DNA of 64,000 bases from Balanoglossus misakiensis (lineage: Eukaryota > Animalia > Hemichordata), in the NCBI GenBank assembly GCA_040954595.2, contig CM082583.2, forward strand, positions 6,942,849 to 7,006,848, in the 5' to 3' direction. Each line of letters opens with the position of its first letter. Position 1 is the stretch's first letter. The notes beneath the pieces are model-generated. The model saw only the letters and a program-made list of their open reading frames with translations. It was not told where the DNA came from and made no database searches. The position numbers and the translations under genes are program-made. This document shows positions 13,630 to 37,260 of the stretch, in pieces.

Positions 13630-14449
13630 GTCCATTTTTAAATCCGAAAGAGTGGAAACCAAAAAAACTTGTGGAAGTTAGAGTGAACGCGTCCAGGCCT
13701 AACACGCGCACTGAATATAACTGCGAAGTGTCGAAGTCGCCATTGGCCCAAATTGGCAATAATGATACTGAGACATTGCACCCTGCTATTCTCATTTAGA
13801 CACAATTTATTTCAATCCTTCGTAACTGAGGCTTTATATGAAAAAGCCCTTAGTACTATACAAACGGTATTAAAATATAAATACGCAAAAGCAAGAGATA
13901 ACTGCTGCCGATTTACTCAAGCGAAAATACATTAGTGACAAAATACACCAAAGAAAAATATATTTCCATCTTAAAATTACATCACATATCAGGAAAAAAA
14001 CTTGAAATGTCAGTTACAGAACTGGGTTTTATGAAAACCATTAAACTCATGTTTAACTTTGAATTCAAAGCGATCTATTTTAGCGAGTCTGTTGCATAAA
14101 AAAGGCATCACAATAATAAATTAAATAATTTACAAGTTTCTGACGATAACTACGCCAATCTTAGTACATTTCAAAAACCAGGTAAATACCTGAATATTAA
14201 CTTTGTCCGCGAAAAAACATTTTTGGGAGATCTTGTCTACTGCATATTTTTATATTTATTAATAAATAGTATGGTCTTGAATAAGTTCCGATAATCAGTA
14301 ATGTTGGAATAAAAAATATTTAAAACGTTAAATTATGCAATAATCATTAAATATATCCAAAATACACAGTGAATGTACGTACTTTCAAATCAAAAAGAAT
14401 ATGAAAGTGTTAATTTATAATTTAAAAAAAGTAAATTATGTTTCAACTT

Positions 14450-16706
14450 TCACGAGTTCTGCGAGAAAGTTGATTTCTTCGATTTGAAGACGGAGGTGAA
14501 ATTTGTCAGACGTGATATGAGAAAATCTGACACTCTCCGAAGCCATCGGATGAACTTTGAAAGTCTGTTGCGATCCGTCGAAACATCGTCGCCCTTTTCG
14601 TCTCCTAAAGATTGCAAACACGGTTTTACTTCTTCACGAACACAATCGTCTTCGTCACAACTCGTGGTGGCGCTGCCTTCACTGCTCTCGCTTTCGGCCA
14701 TTGACGTCTCCAGACTGACCCAACCACTGTCATCAGAATCGGCATCGTCATCTGATTGCAAGTACTTGATATCTGCGGAAACCAACCATATTCAATTGTT
14801 AATCAGTTATAGACATTATCGCAAGAGACTTCCAAAAAAAAATCAAAACGAATTATTCACTTTAAGGTAACACACTATGAAATATATACCTGTGATATCT
14901 ATAAGCTGTTGAAAACAATCTTCAGTTCTTGATGTGGCTATTACGTCATCTTCTGAAGATTTAAGTTCCAGGTCTTCTATTTTTGAAAGACAGTCGGTCC
15001 TGTCGTCTGGAACAAAAGCGTCATCCTCTATCGACGAAACCTCGTAGTCTGTGAGACTCAGATCATCTGTTTGCATGAGAGAAAGATAATTGAATCCGAC
15101 GCCACGCGATTTACAGTCGTTTTTGTAATGTATGAAGCGACGTACTGGTCAAGAAATGAAAAGAAGAAACTCACGCTGTATATATTTACCTTGATCATAT
15201 GCAGCGTCACTTTCTATTTGATCCTCGTCAGAAATGTCACTGCAAGACGAACTGTCCATTGGCAGTTGATGACTGAGAAGACATAAGTGGCTCTGCGCGG
15301 CCACCAGCATACCGATGAAGTTCTTTCTGTCTTCCTGGCTTTCAAGTGCGAAAGTTAGACGAGTAACCTGGCGGAGCGTGTAAGGAAGGCAGAAAGATTA
15401 GATTTATATACCTTGATCAGAAATTGCAATCAAAATGGTGACGTAATTCTATGATGTGTGAATCCATCGAATGATTAGCAATTCAACAAACAATGAATAA
15501 TTTACTGATTCCTAAACGATCTATGGAATATGAATTAAAACTACGCAAAAAAAGAAATTCGCATTTGTTTCGTTGTCATACCTTCTTCTTGTCCTTGGGT
15601 ACAAGCGCAACACAGAATGGTTGAGGCTTCATCCACCACGCTCGTTTTACTTGCTCCGTGATTACATATTTCGAGAGGATGTGACATTTTGTCTTCAGCT
15701 TGCCCTGCAAAACAGAAGGCAGAAAAAAATCAGTCAGCATAACTATTATACTAATTGTTGATACAGTAATTGAGAGATTGTCATCTCATCCCATATTCAA
15801 CATGCCATCTTGACAGTTTATCAGTTCAATTGTAATGCAAAAGAGCATTGAAATGAGACCGCTTGTTGTTTCAAGAAAGCGACTTTCTTGTGTCGTATTT
15901 GCATTGTTCTTTCACAGGAAACCTCCGATTTGTTTTACACAGCATTGTCTACTGGTTGTCAGAACAGCATTGTTATACGGGACAATACACAACAATGTTG
16001 TCCCCCACAGCTTGCAACATAACGAACAATGGGTATTGTCAGGGGTTTAAAATGCAAACCTATGAAGACTAATGTGGAAATTCATGGAAGTGATTGTGGG
16101 GAGACTTTGTTGGTATCACAATGGAATACAACCCATGGCGCATGATGTATGGAAAGAAAAAAGAATGGAACATATAATTTTTCCAAGCTCTTCATCCGAG
16201 GAGATTAATTCGCGCTACCTGCAGTCTTTCCATTTTCAGTATCCCTGGGAATATGATCGTCACCATTCGGGACTTCCATTTCGGTACGACTCCCCGCGAC
16301 ATGCACTTGACTTTGAACTTCGAGGAAATTATGTCAGTGTCTGGTGACGCTGAATTCTCCCTCGCTGATGATGACGACTTCCTTCTCAGGAACACCTATG
16401 GGATTAAAAATTGGGAAGAAAATTAAATCCTGTTATCCACGACATCATTCTGGCGATGACAATGGAGATAGGAAGAAAGATTTCCATAGCTTACTGATCG
16501 TTGTATACAAACTGTGTTCCTCGTAAGGAGGGATACAAAATAATCGAATAAAACAACTAGACGAACTCGACAAAGATGAAATTCCTGTAGACCAATACCA
16601 AAGGTAGTGCATCTTAACATATACATGTACTAGTACACATGTACATATAAATGTCATATAAATTTATCTGTAATATAAAGTTCAGAAGAAGCAATATACT
16701 TACCAT
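14450..16706 (-). CDS. Uncharacterised ~327-aa protein: N-terminal PH-like domain, acidic Ser-rich region with LIR/DSGxxS motif, C-terminal amphipathic basic helix (6 exons)
   Basis: Exons 16706-16704 (ATG|GTAAGT), 16395-16219, 15704-15582, 15367-15190, 15066-14890 and 14772-14450. All introns are GT-AG and frame-consistent (phases 0,0,0,1,1). The translation KWKSRMVTIIFPGILKM...FCVALVPKDKKKVTRLTFALESQEDRKNFIGML resembles the PH consensus. Confidence 0.8.
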
Positions 16707-18310
16707 TTTAACCACCAAATTTACGTAGTATGAGCTGGTATGTTAGTAAAATGCCTCCGTCCGAGTTCCCGTGAGCAATGATCAGAACTCTCAGATTTTT
16801 TCTGCTTAAATAGGAATGTACTACTAAAAGTGCGAAATAGCCATTGTTGAGGATCAGGACAGAACAATGGGATTTCCCGCGAGTTTGAAACCAAGCAGCC
16901 AATCAGAAGGTGGAATTTTGACAGGAAATGGTTCAACGCTGCTGATTGGTGTGTGGAGTGACTGTGATTGGGATGGTGTCAAATGAACTATCTGAATCAA
17001 GTTTTTATTCCACATTGTTATAAATGGCATAATGCGTCGTTACCAAAAATAAACTTTCGTGTTTTAATGTAGCCCCATGCAAATATGACAATCCGATGCC
17101 AAAATGACTCCAGCGCTTCTAGTATATGGATTCTGCTTCTGTTTAGTGCCTACTTCATTCACGGTATATTGAACATATTTTGCTGAAATATATTTATTTT
17201 ATTATGACAATCAGTCCAACATACATGGGGCAAGTCACATACAAATCCAACATATTGTTCTACCCGTTGTGACTCCCGGTGACATTCTATTGAATTCGGA
17301 ATTTCATGTATATATTTTTTTCTCTCATGAGGAAAATCACCTAAGCAAAAAGCACATTGGTCTGTTGTACGTCCATAGTCTGTGTGGACGTACCACAGGT
17401 ATTGGTGACTCATAAACTGACAGAACTTTACTAGTAATTACCAGTACAGATTCGCCTGTTCTCCATGGACTAGCGACGTAATAAATTGTCAGAAAATATT
17501 ACAGAATATCATTGTATTCATGGGGTAGGAAATCCTTTTTGCTATGTACAAAATGAAACAGTCTGCGGGGACTCAGGCAACCCAGGGGAGCTGTCTTACC
17601 ACACAAGTCTTGACAGTGACTATTCAACCACCTGTTAGAGTTATTGTCTTCGGACCAACGCGAATGACATTTATTATCTTGAATAAACTTGTCAGTTGGC
17701 TTAGCTGGGGGCAATTAACAGATTGGCTGTTTCTTTCGATATATATACACTGATAATGGACAGACATAGAGGTAAAGGTGGCTAACCTCAACTGGCAGGG
17801 ATTTATCAAACTGTCACTGATAAAATACTTGTATTTTAATATGACACATGCTATCTGATCCCTGTGTGTAGAGTACAGTGGTTGAATGTGTTGTGGGGTC
17901 TGGCTTATTCTTTGACAATTGTCCGATTAAGTTGATAAGGGTTGATTTTTGTGATTTTTTCTTAAAATTCTTCCCACAGGTGTTTTTTCTTAAAATTCTT
18001 CCCATAGTTCTAAAAACACTGGTGGTATCGGTAAGTAAAAGCGCTCAATATAAAAAGCACAGCAGTTTCGCAGGATGTTCGTAGTCGTATAATCGCTCCA
18101 GGCACACGATAGAGGTTTACAATTGTGACGTTGGGGGCGCAATAGCATAACACAGGGTCAAGGGTCATGCATAGGAACTGCCTGTCAATGAGTCACGATC
18201 CGAAAATAAATCTGTGTTTATAATTATTTTGTCGCCAGCAAGTTTCTTGAACAGACCAGCCCGTGTTTTAAGCAAGCAGTCATTCAAGACGGTTTTGGTG
18301 TTCCGAAGAA

Positions 18311-21300
18311 ATGGAAAGCGAAGAGCTTCCCCTAAACATACCGGTAGGTGCAGTAAAGGAAGTCCTATCGACATCGTACATCGCGTGACCTCTGGTCAGT
18401 TTCGGTTGACATGACTGTTTATGTGGAGGGAGTGTTTGTTCCGTGTGCTCCACGCCGCCAATGTACCTTTTCTCTCTCATGGTATACACTTTCAACCCGA
18501 CCATAGAGCGAGGGTACTACTACTGGGGTAGATTTAGGTACATGTACTGCATGATGCACTCAGTGCCCTTGTACTGTCATTGACGCAATATGATTCCTTG
18601 ATAAGTAATAGAACTGACACAAAGAATTTTCCTCATAAACTTTAAGTTTACTTCAGCGCTTGGTGATCAGTGAGATTAACTAATCACTTCAACCCTTGGT
18701 GTATATGGCTTCTCTGTAGGTGTTAGCCCTGTCAGATCACCTGACCTGTCCAATATGCATGTCAGTGTTGAATGACACTTACATGACACCGTGTGGGCAC
18801 CGTTATTGCAAAGAGTGCATCAAAGAATGTGTCCATAGAAGGCAAGTGAGAGAAACCTTCAGGATCGTTTGGTTGGGTTCCTGTTTGGAACCGGAAAAAT
18901 GTGTAGCAAAGATAAAGACACCAGAGCCTGTAATCTCTACATGTACTCCTGATTCTAATCTGATATTGTTCTTCCAAGAGCAACTAACGATTGACAGCCA
19001 CCACCTTTTCATGTGGGGAAAATGGAAACATTATCATAACAAATAATTGCATTGTCATTTGAGTGACAGATCATTCTGGCCAGAACTTAAAAAACTTTCC
19101 CACATGGTTTGATTTTTCATGGACCTCAATGAATATATTAAGAAGATGTGAATGTGTATGTCAATCTGTTTTTATTTCATTGTTAGTAATTCTCCAAACC
19201 ATAGAAATGAAATCTGTCACACATCACACACTTCAGCATGTGATGTTTCACCCAAGAGTTGATTTTTTAAAAAGACATTCAATTTAAAGTCTTAAATGTT
19301 GTCTTCCCCTTCAGACACAAATGTCCATGCTGCAATGCTAACATTGGTTCAGTCAGAGAACTCATTCACGATCATCAGTTTGATGTCTTGATTCAAGTAA
19401 TCAAAGATGAGAAAAGTACGGCTGAAGAAAATTACTTTCAGACACTTATAAATGCAGGTAACGTCTTTTATCATAACCTCTGCGTGATCTTCGTTGTATT
19501 GGGTCAAATAAATTAAATTAATGGCTTTAATTGATATTTTATATTCCACTTCAGCTGTGAACACAGCCATCTCAAATCAAGGCGAAGTAGGCCATTCTCC
19601 CGTGGAAGAAGTACTGAAAAGTAAGTCTGTGGAGAATCATGCGTGTGTACTTATTTGTTCCATTTTGGGTCATGGTTACATGTATGTACTCATAATCATG
19701 TGACCAGTTTTGGCCAATCAGTGAATGTGACCAGTTTTGGCAAATCAGTGAAAACAAACTGGCAAATCATGGCTTATAACAGTGTAATATATTAGTATTA
19801 CTCCCATGGTTTTCAGAACATCTCAAAGAAGGTCTGGCAGCTCATGAAAACTACTATCAAGATCTGAAACGACAGTGCGACCAGAAATTACAAACTCTTG
19901 AGACAGATATGAAGAATAAAGTAGATGAGATACAAACAAAGCAATCAGCTGACGATGGAGCAGGTGAGTGGAATCCTGGGTATCTTCTCAAGGTGAAGAA
20001 AATATGAGTGTTTTTCCCAATTTTGTGGTCTTTCTAATAAAGTTCTGGTATATCACCACAAATTATTTTTATTTGTCGTATGTAGATCCAACTATCATAA
20101 TGTCAGTCACTCTTGTCACTGATCATGTGTCAAAATATATTGAGCATGGGCAAAAATTCCAATTGTAAATTTCTGTTCTTTCAGAGCTGGAAGCACAGGT
20201 GACAGAACTAAAGGCTGCGTTTGAGCAACAGAGAGATTGTGTACTGTCTGAATTACAGAAATGTACAAAGTTGGTGGCCAATGCATATGATCGATATCTC
20301 AGTGAAGTTTTACCAACACCGTCTGTTCTGCCAGTCAGTCTAACCCTGGTTCTCCTCAGTAAAGAAATGGTCTTCTCTGATGTCAAACTGAAACCCAATG
20401 ACAGGTAAGTGTCTAGTTCATGTCTCTTGTCTTCTTTCACACATAATTTTCCAGCCAGGACTATTTTCTGCGTTGTAGATTCTCAGTCGCTGAGAGTGTG
20501 GGCTTAATCAGTCCGTTTTGTCTTATTTAATCAGTATGATGGAGATCCAAGAGATTCTGAGATCCCTGATGAAAGCCAAGGATGATCCTATATTGGAGTT
20601 TGGAGAGGACATACAGTGTATGTTAGTTGGGTGAGTATTGCGTACAGATGAAGAAACAATTTAAGTTTAATACAGTTCAGCTAAAGTGATGATTGGTTAC
20701 TGATCAATCAAGTATACATGACGTACTGAAGTAAGGTTTGTCAAGATTTCATTTGTATATGCATGTGTATGGAAAGGGACACCATTCCACTTCGGCTACC
20801 GTGATGCATAATCTGCATTAAAACAATTGTACAGGACTTCCAGATATAAGATGCTGTGAGGTACAATATTACCCTCTCCAAAACAAGCCCTATCCAACTC
20901 TCTTTGTAACACTACTCCACAACTTTCTCACATGACCACGCTTGATTTCCAGGCCCTTTGCAAAGCGTACACTGTACGAAACACACCAGCTGGCCAAGGA
21001 CATCCTCTACCATGATGCCGTTCACGATGATGTCATACTGTTGCCTGGGAACGGTCAGCCAGTGCTGGAGTTTGGTGCCAAACCAGGCAGTGAGATAGTT
21101 ATTGTTGCGCAAGTCAAGTGTGAAAGGTGAGAGGTCACACCAACCGACTGAGTGGTATACAGTGAGATGGGTGATGAGTTTTGTCAGATTTATGAAGGAA
21201 TTTTTACATAGCCCCCCTCCCCAACAAACCAACAAAAACCACCTGTCAAATTATTACAGAATATATATCTTGGTCTTTATCACCTTTTTCTCTGTTTCCT

Positions 21301-21944
21301 ATTTCAGTGACCTACCCAAGAAATGTTTTGCAACTATCTTTGAAACTGGTACAGATCAAGTTGTTGATTACTACACATGCACAAACTGCAGATTTAACTG
21401 TAAGTAGATGCGCAAGTCTTCCACAGAAGAAATTTCTCTTTGTGGGTTCTGTGTTCTAAGTAGCTACATGAACTGATTCATTTGTATTCACAGGGATTTG
21501 TAAATCTTGTGTTCAAGCTTGCCATAAGGATCACGCCACTGTACCATATATCATGAATCACCATCCCACGTGGTAAGTATCAATGTGTACTTTTTAATAT
21601 ACAGATATTTCCTATTTGAATGTTTTTTGTGTGTAAATTAATGTTAGATATAATGTTTAATACGGGTGTAATTTGCTTTGAGCACTTGACATAGCCAGAC
21701 TTGAACAATAAAAGGGAAAGTACTTGTCATCTTTTGTGAAGAAGTGTGAAAGACAAATGGTGTTTTTTCTCATGTTTCAGGGCATGCTGTTATTGTACTA
21801 AAAAGAAAACGGTAAGAATGCTAAATAGCCTCTACCATATTACAAATTTTGTTCATGTACGAAAAGTTATTTAATGGTGGTTTGTGTTTCAAGTGTTTTA
21901 GAATGACTTTTGAATTATTAATTTTTTTCCAGTGTACTCTATAA
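18311..21944 (+). CDS. RING-finger (C3HC4) putative E3 ubiquitin ligase with coiled coil, ubiquitin-like segment and C-terminal UBR-box-like zinc finger (12 exons)
   Basis: Exons 18311-18343, 18720-18841, 19315-19457, 19555-19620, 19817-19963, 20185-20404, 20535-20630, 20953-21126, 21308-21399, 21494-21572, 21781-21811 and 21933-21944. RING: CPIC..CGHRYCKEC..HKCPCC. C-terminus: YYTCTNCRFNWICKSCVQACHKDH...PTWACCYCTKKKTCTL*. Confidence 0.85.
19699..19752. repeat. Short tandem duplication (2 x ~27 bp) in an intron
   Basis: TGTGACCAGTTTTGGC(C/A)AATCAGTGAA occurs twice in tandem. Confidence 0.8.
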
Positions 21945-22622
21945 GAGTATGGCAAATGAAGACTGGGAACTTTGTGATCAGTTCCTGTAATAATCCACGT
22001 TGGAATGGAACTGTATCCGTGAAACAATTCCCTAACTGCTGAAGCACCAGTCTGTCGCGTTTGTGTGAGCATAAAACTGGGTCTAAAACCAACAGTACAT
22101 ATTGTATTTTCACCATACTGTTTGTCAAAACTGCAAGATCGGATCAATAACCAGAAAGAAAACTCTGAATGTTCCACTCTGACTCCAGTAGGAAAATGAA
22201 CAGATGCAATCATTCTATAAGTGTATACATTTGTATGTTATGGTATAAAGTTTGTCATTTTAATTATGAATATTACCTCCGTGTCCAAATAACTACACGT
22301 ACTTGTTCAATTTTTTAATAAAACAAAATATGAAAGCATTCTGTGCGTCTTTTGTTTCATCGTTACTCTTCTGATTACTACTGTGACAATTTGGTTGATT
22401 CCCAATGTTCTCAAGGGTAAGGTTCGAACCAGTATGACTTTGGTCCCTGACCCATTTGCTGAAATTGGGGTCATTATGGGTGTCTTCAGGCTGGATAGCT
22501 TGTTTCCTGGTATTTTTTTTCAAGGCCAGTACTGTTGAGCACAGCCGATCACCTATGATGAAACAGCTCGGGAGTTGCTTATGTTTTCAGATGAATTTCA
22601 AGTAAAGGACACGATCATTAAA

Positions 22623-23513
<891 letters not shown>

Positions 23514-26500
23514 GTAATATATTAAGACCGATCAATCAATCAATCTCCCAACCAACCAATCAATCAATCAAACTATTGTTCAAGTACATGTACAAATATA
23601 TTTTCTTAATGTGGCCTATTAGGAAAATATAATAAAAAAATATCTTTGAAAATAAATTAAGGAATCATTATTATTTGTATAACCACAGACAGTCTGTGGT
23701 AAAACATAATTTATCCGTCGCCGACTTCAAGTCGGAGTTTCCGCCCTCCTAAATCCGAGGTTAAAGGTCAATTAACGTGCCGGGTGTCCAATCAAACGAA
23801 ACCTTACAAGTGGCATTGGAGACGATACATGTTGCCAGGCGCGAGTTTCAAAATGGCCGAGTGGCAACAAGTTGTCACATTAAATTTGTTTGAAATAATT
23901 TTCTGGGGAAAGACGGTAAGTGTACCTTTCACTGTTTCATTTGCCTGGTATCAATTATCTCTCTGGCCTCGAACTGTATTTACCTTTCGCCAGGAAAATG
24001 TGTAATGCAAAACCTTGTATGGGTCAATATTTACATGTAAAAGTCGACCAGCGCGAGTTTCATCTTCCAAGCTGCAACTTACAACATTGGCACGCGTTTG
24101 ATCACGCGTGTTTCTATCGTAAGGTGCGTTGTTACGCATCTGCCATAAGCGCAGATCGCAAGCCTTAACTAAACTTCAGACCGATTTTTAATATGCTGGA
24201 AAGAAACTGAGGTCAGACTAGCCAGAGACGTATTATAGAAAATTTAATTTTCTGGGGGTGCATGTCGGGTCGTTGTTCAGGCAACATAGACCCACTCAAG
24301 CGCTGTTTACAAACTAGCGTGTTATGACATGCCCCCATGCAGAAAACAGTTGTTATGCATTGTTTAGGGGTGTATTGTTGAATTGAATCCAGTTCCGAAG
24401 TAAGGAGAGACTATCGACCGGCGCAAGATAGTTTTAGGGAAATTGTCTGGACTTTGAGGTGAAAATGACACTGCTCGAGATGTCATTTACCGAGAAAAGA
24501 TAACGTTGCAGTGTAAAATGATTGCTGTAAGGTGAAACAGAACAGACGATTTGGGTAGACGAGGCGTTATCTACGCGACCGAAGTATGCAAAAATAACTG
24601 TACCGGTTGAGGTAGGTCTGTTTTTATTCAAAATGAGGTGCTAACATTTATTTTGTACTCATGTTTGACTACAAGCATAACTAAAATAGTGAGGGCAATT
24701 GATAGTCCTTTCAACAAAAATATATACCATTCCAGTTCTTCTACTACAAAATATTCTCAAGTTTTCACAAATCTTTAAACAACTATTCAAATCTCAGTGG
24801 GATTATACTGACAAAAGAATTTTAAATCGTTTGAAACCCCATTATTTACCAAAGACCAATCAAAGCTACCTCAAAACCCGTTTTCTTATTTTCTAATCAT
24901 TCAGATGTAGTCATGGTGATTGTTATTTTTAACAATGTATAATATAATTTAAATGCATTAATTGCATTTAAAAAAGGTGGGAAAGCCCTCACTGACACAG
25001 GTCATATTACACCAAAAACAGGATAATTTTACAGCCAACATGTATTCTATACTCTTACGTTTCAATAACAAACAGTTTCTACATAGTTCCTTGCAAAGTG
25101 GAACAAGGTTTGTTTTCAAACATACTTGAGTTACAACTAGCTTTTTCAAGCACTTTAAGATGGTTCAGAAATCCTGGACGTTTTCTCTCAAATAAAATAA
25201 ATTAGACTAAATTCTTTTGTTTTGACATACTTGAATTTAAGTGATTTTTTTTCCATAAAAAATTACCACCACATCACTGCACCATATTCAAAGGGCATAA
25301 AGCAGAACTTTTATCGTGGGCTTTAATTGCTAGTTTACTTTAGATTATAATAATTTTCATTAGCGTTTTTATAATGCAGGTATTTCGTGTTATTTTTTGT
25401 CTTTCGCCTCATTTGATTAATCACAATTTCTTTCTTTTTGTCTTTTAGTGTTAACAATGTATAGCTAAACAGATACCATGAAAGATATAAATTCAATTTT
25501 ATATCTGATAATTTCAAATGCTACAGTAATAAAACATGAGAAATAGTTTAAAGTCATAATTAGCCCAACTTAATCAATATTCAAATGTGCATCTAGTTAC
25601 CATATTGATATGTTAATAGCTCCCAAATTAAAATGTGTCATTTTTTGCCCATCCTGTGAAATTTGCCTGGTAGTTGCTTTTTTCCTGAATGGTATAGCCC
25701 TGATAACAATAGATATTCAAATGAGACAGGATGGCCTGGCACTGTAGCATCAGTGGTGCATATAATTTTAATATCAATGATGACATGGATATTTAATCAG
25801 ACAAAGAGGGTCATGTAGCTCAGTTTACTTTACTACGACTGCCATGTGCAGTGCCTGTAGTGTAACCCAAAAATGACAGGCAAATTTACGTGTGCTTTGA
25901 CATATTCCGTTTGCAGTCTAAAATGTTCCCAATAAGGCCATCATGGGTTATTTTGGCTGAAATTTTGTATCCTGATATTTTTTTATGTGAATATCTGAGA
26001 AATTGATTGTGCACAGACTGAGTATTAGATTGAGGTAGGTCATTTAAATTTACTATATTGAAGCTGGTAATCACTATGGGAGTGAAATTTCATTGATGAA
26101 AACTGACCAATTTTGCCTGTAAAATAGGTGTCAAAACTGCAGATGAACTGCACAATTTTGTGTATTTTAACATATTTTTTTATGCATTATCTACACTACA
26201 AATCTACACTGAGCAAAATGTGTTGATAAGCGTCTCTCAGCAACATAGTCAATATCTATCCATACACTGCACAGTAGCTGATTAAGAAATGCATAGGTGT
26301 GCATACACTTAATGATTAGTGGCATTATATTCATTCTATAAATTATCATGACATGGTTCCATTCATGTATGCCGGGTTTGCAGTCCATCAATACATACCC
26401 ATTGTATTTCATGTTGACTTACTAGCCGGTCGGGTGGTTTTTAATATTTTCAAAATTTTCAAATGTATGCACATATACACAATTGCTATTTGCAGTGTTT

Positions 26501-26806
26501 TGATTAGAACATCCTCCTTGTATTATGAATTGTTTGATGAGAATCTAGAGATGTTTGATGTCAGCTCATTGTTTTTTTGTGTGTTTTTTTTATCGCAGAT
26601 GTGAAGAACGGAACCAATGACAATACACCTGAATGGCCATCATGTATGGACTTGTCATGCACTGACAGTTGGAGGCAACTTTCACATTTAACCTCGCCAA
26701 TCTTGGAACCCCTCAGAAATCATTCCTCTTAATTATTTACTGCTATTTATTGCTTTGCAAATCGTCCCAAACCCATTGTTTAGTTTTTGCTTAGACAGTC
26801 AGAATA

Positions 26807-37260
<10,454 letters not shown>

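Noticed and set aside
13218-13799. Short ORFs sharing GLCPxPERYHT
   Set aside because: The similarity comes from the DNA duplication, and the frames diverge by indels. I found no convincing gene structure, so it is kept only as a repeat.
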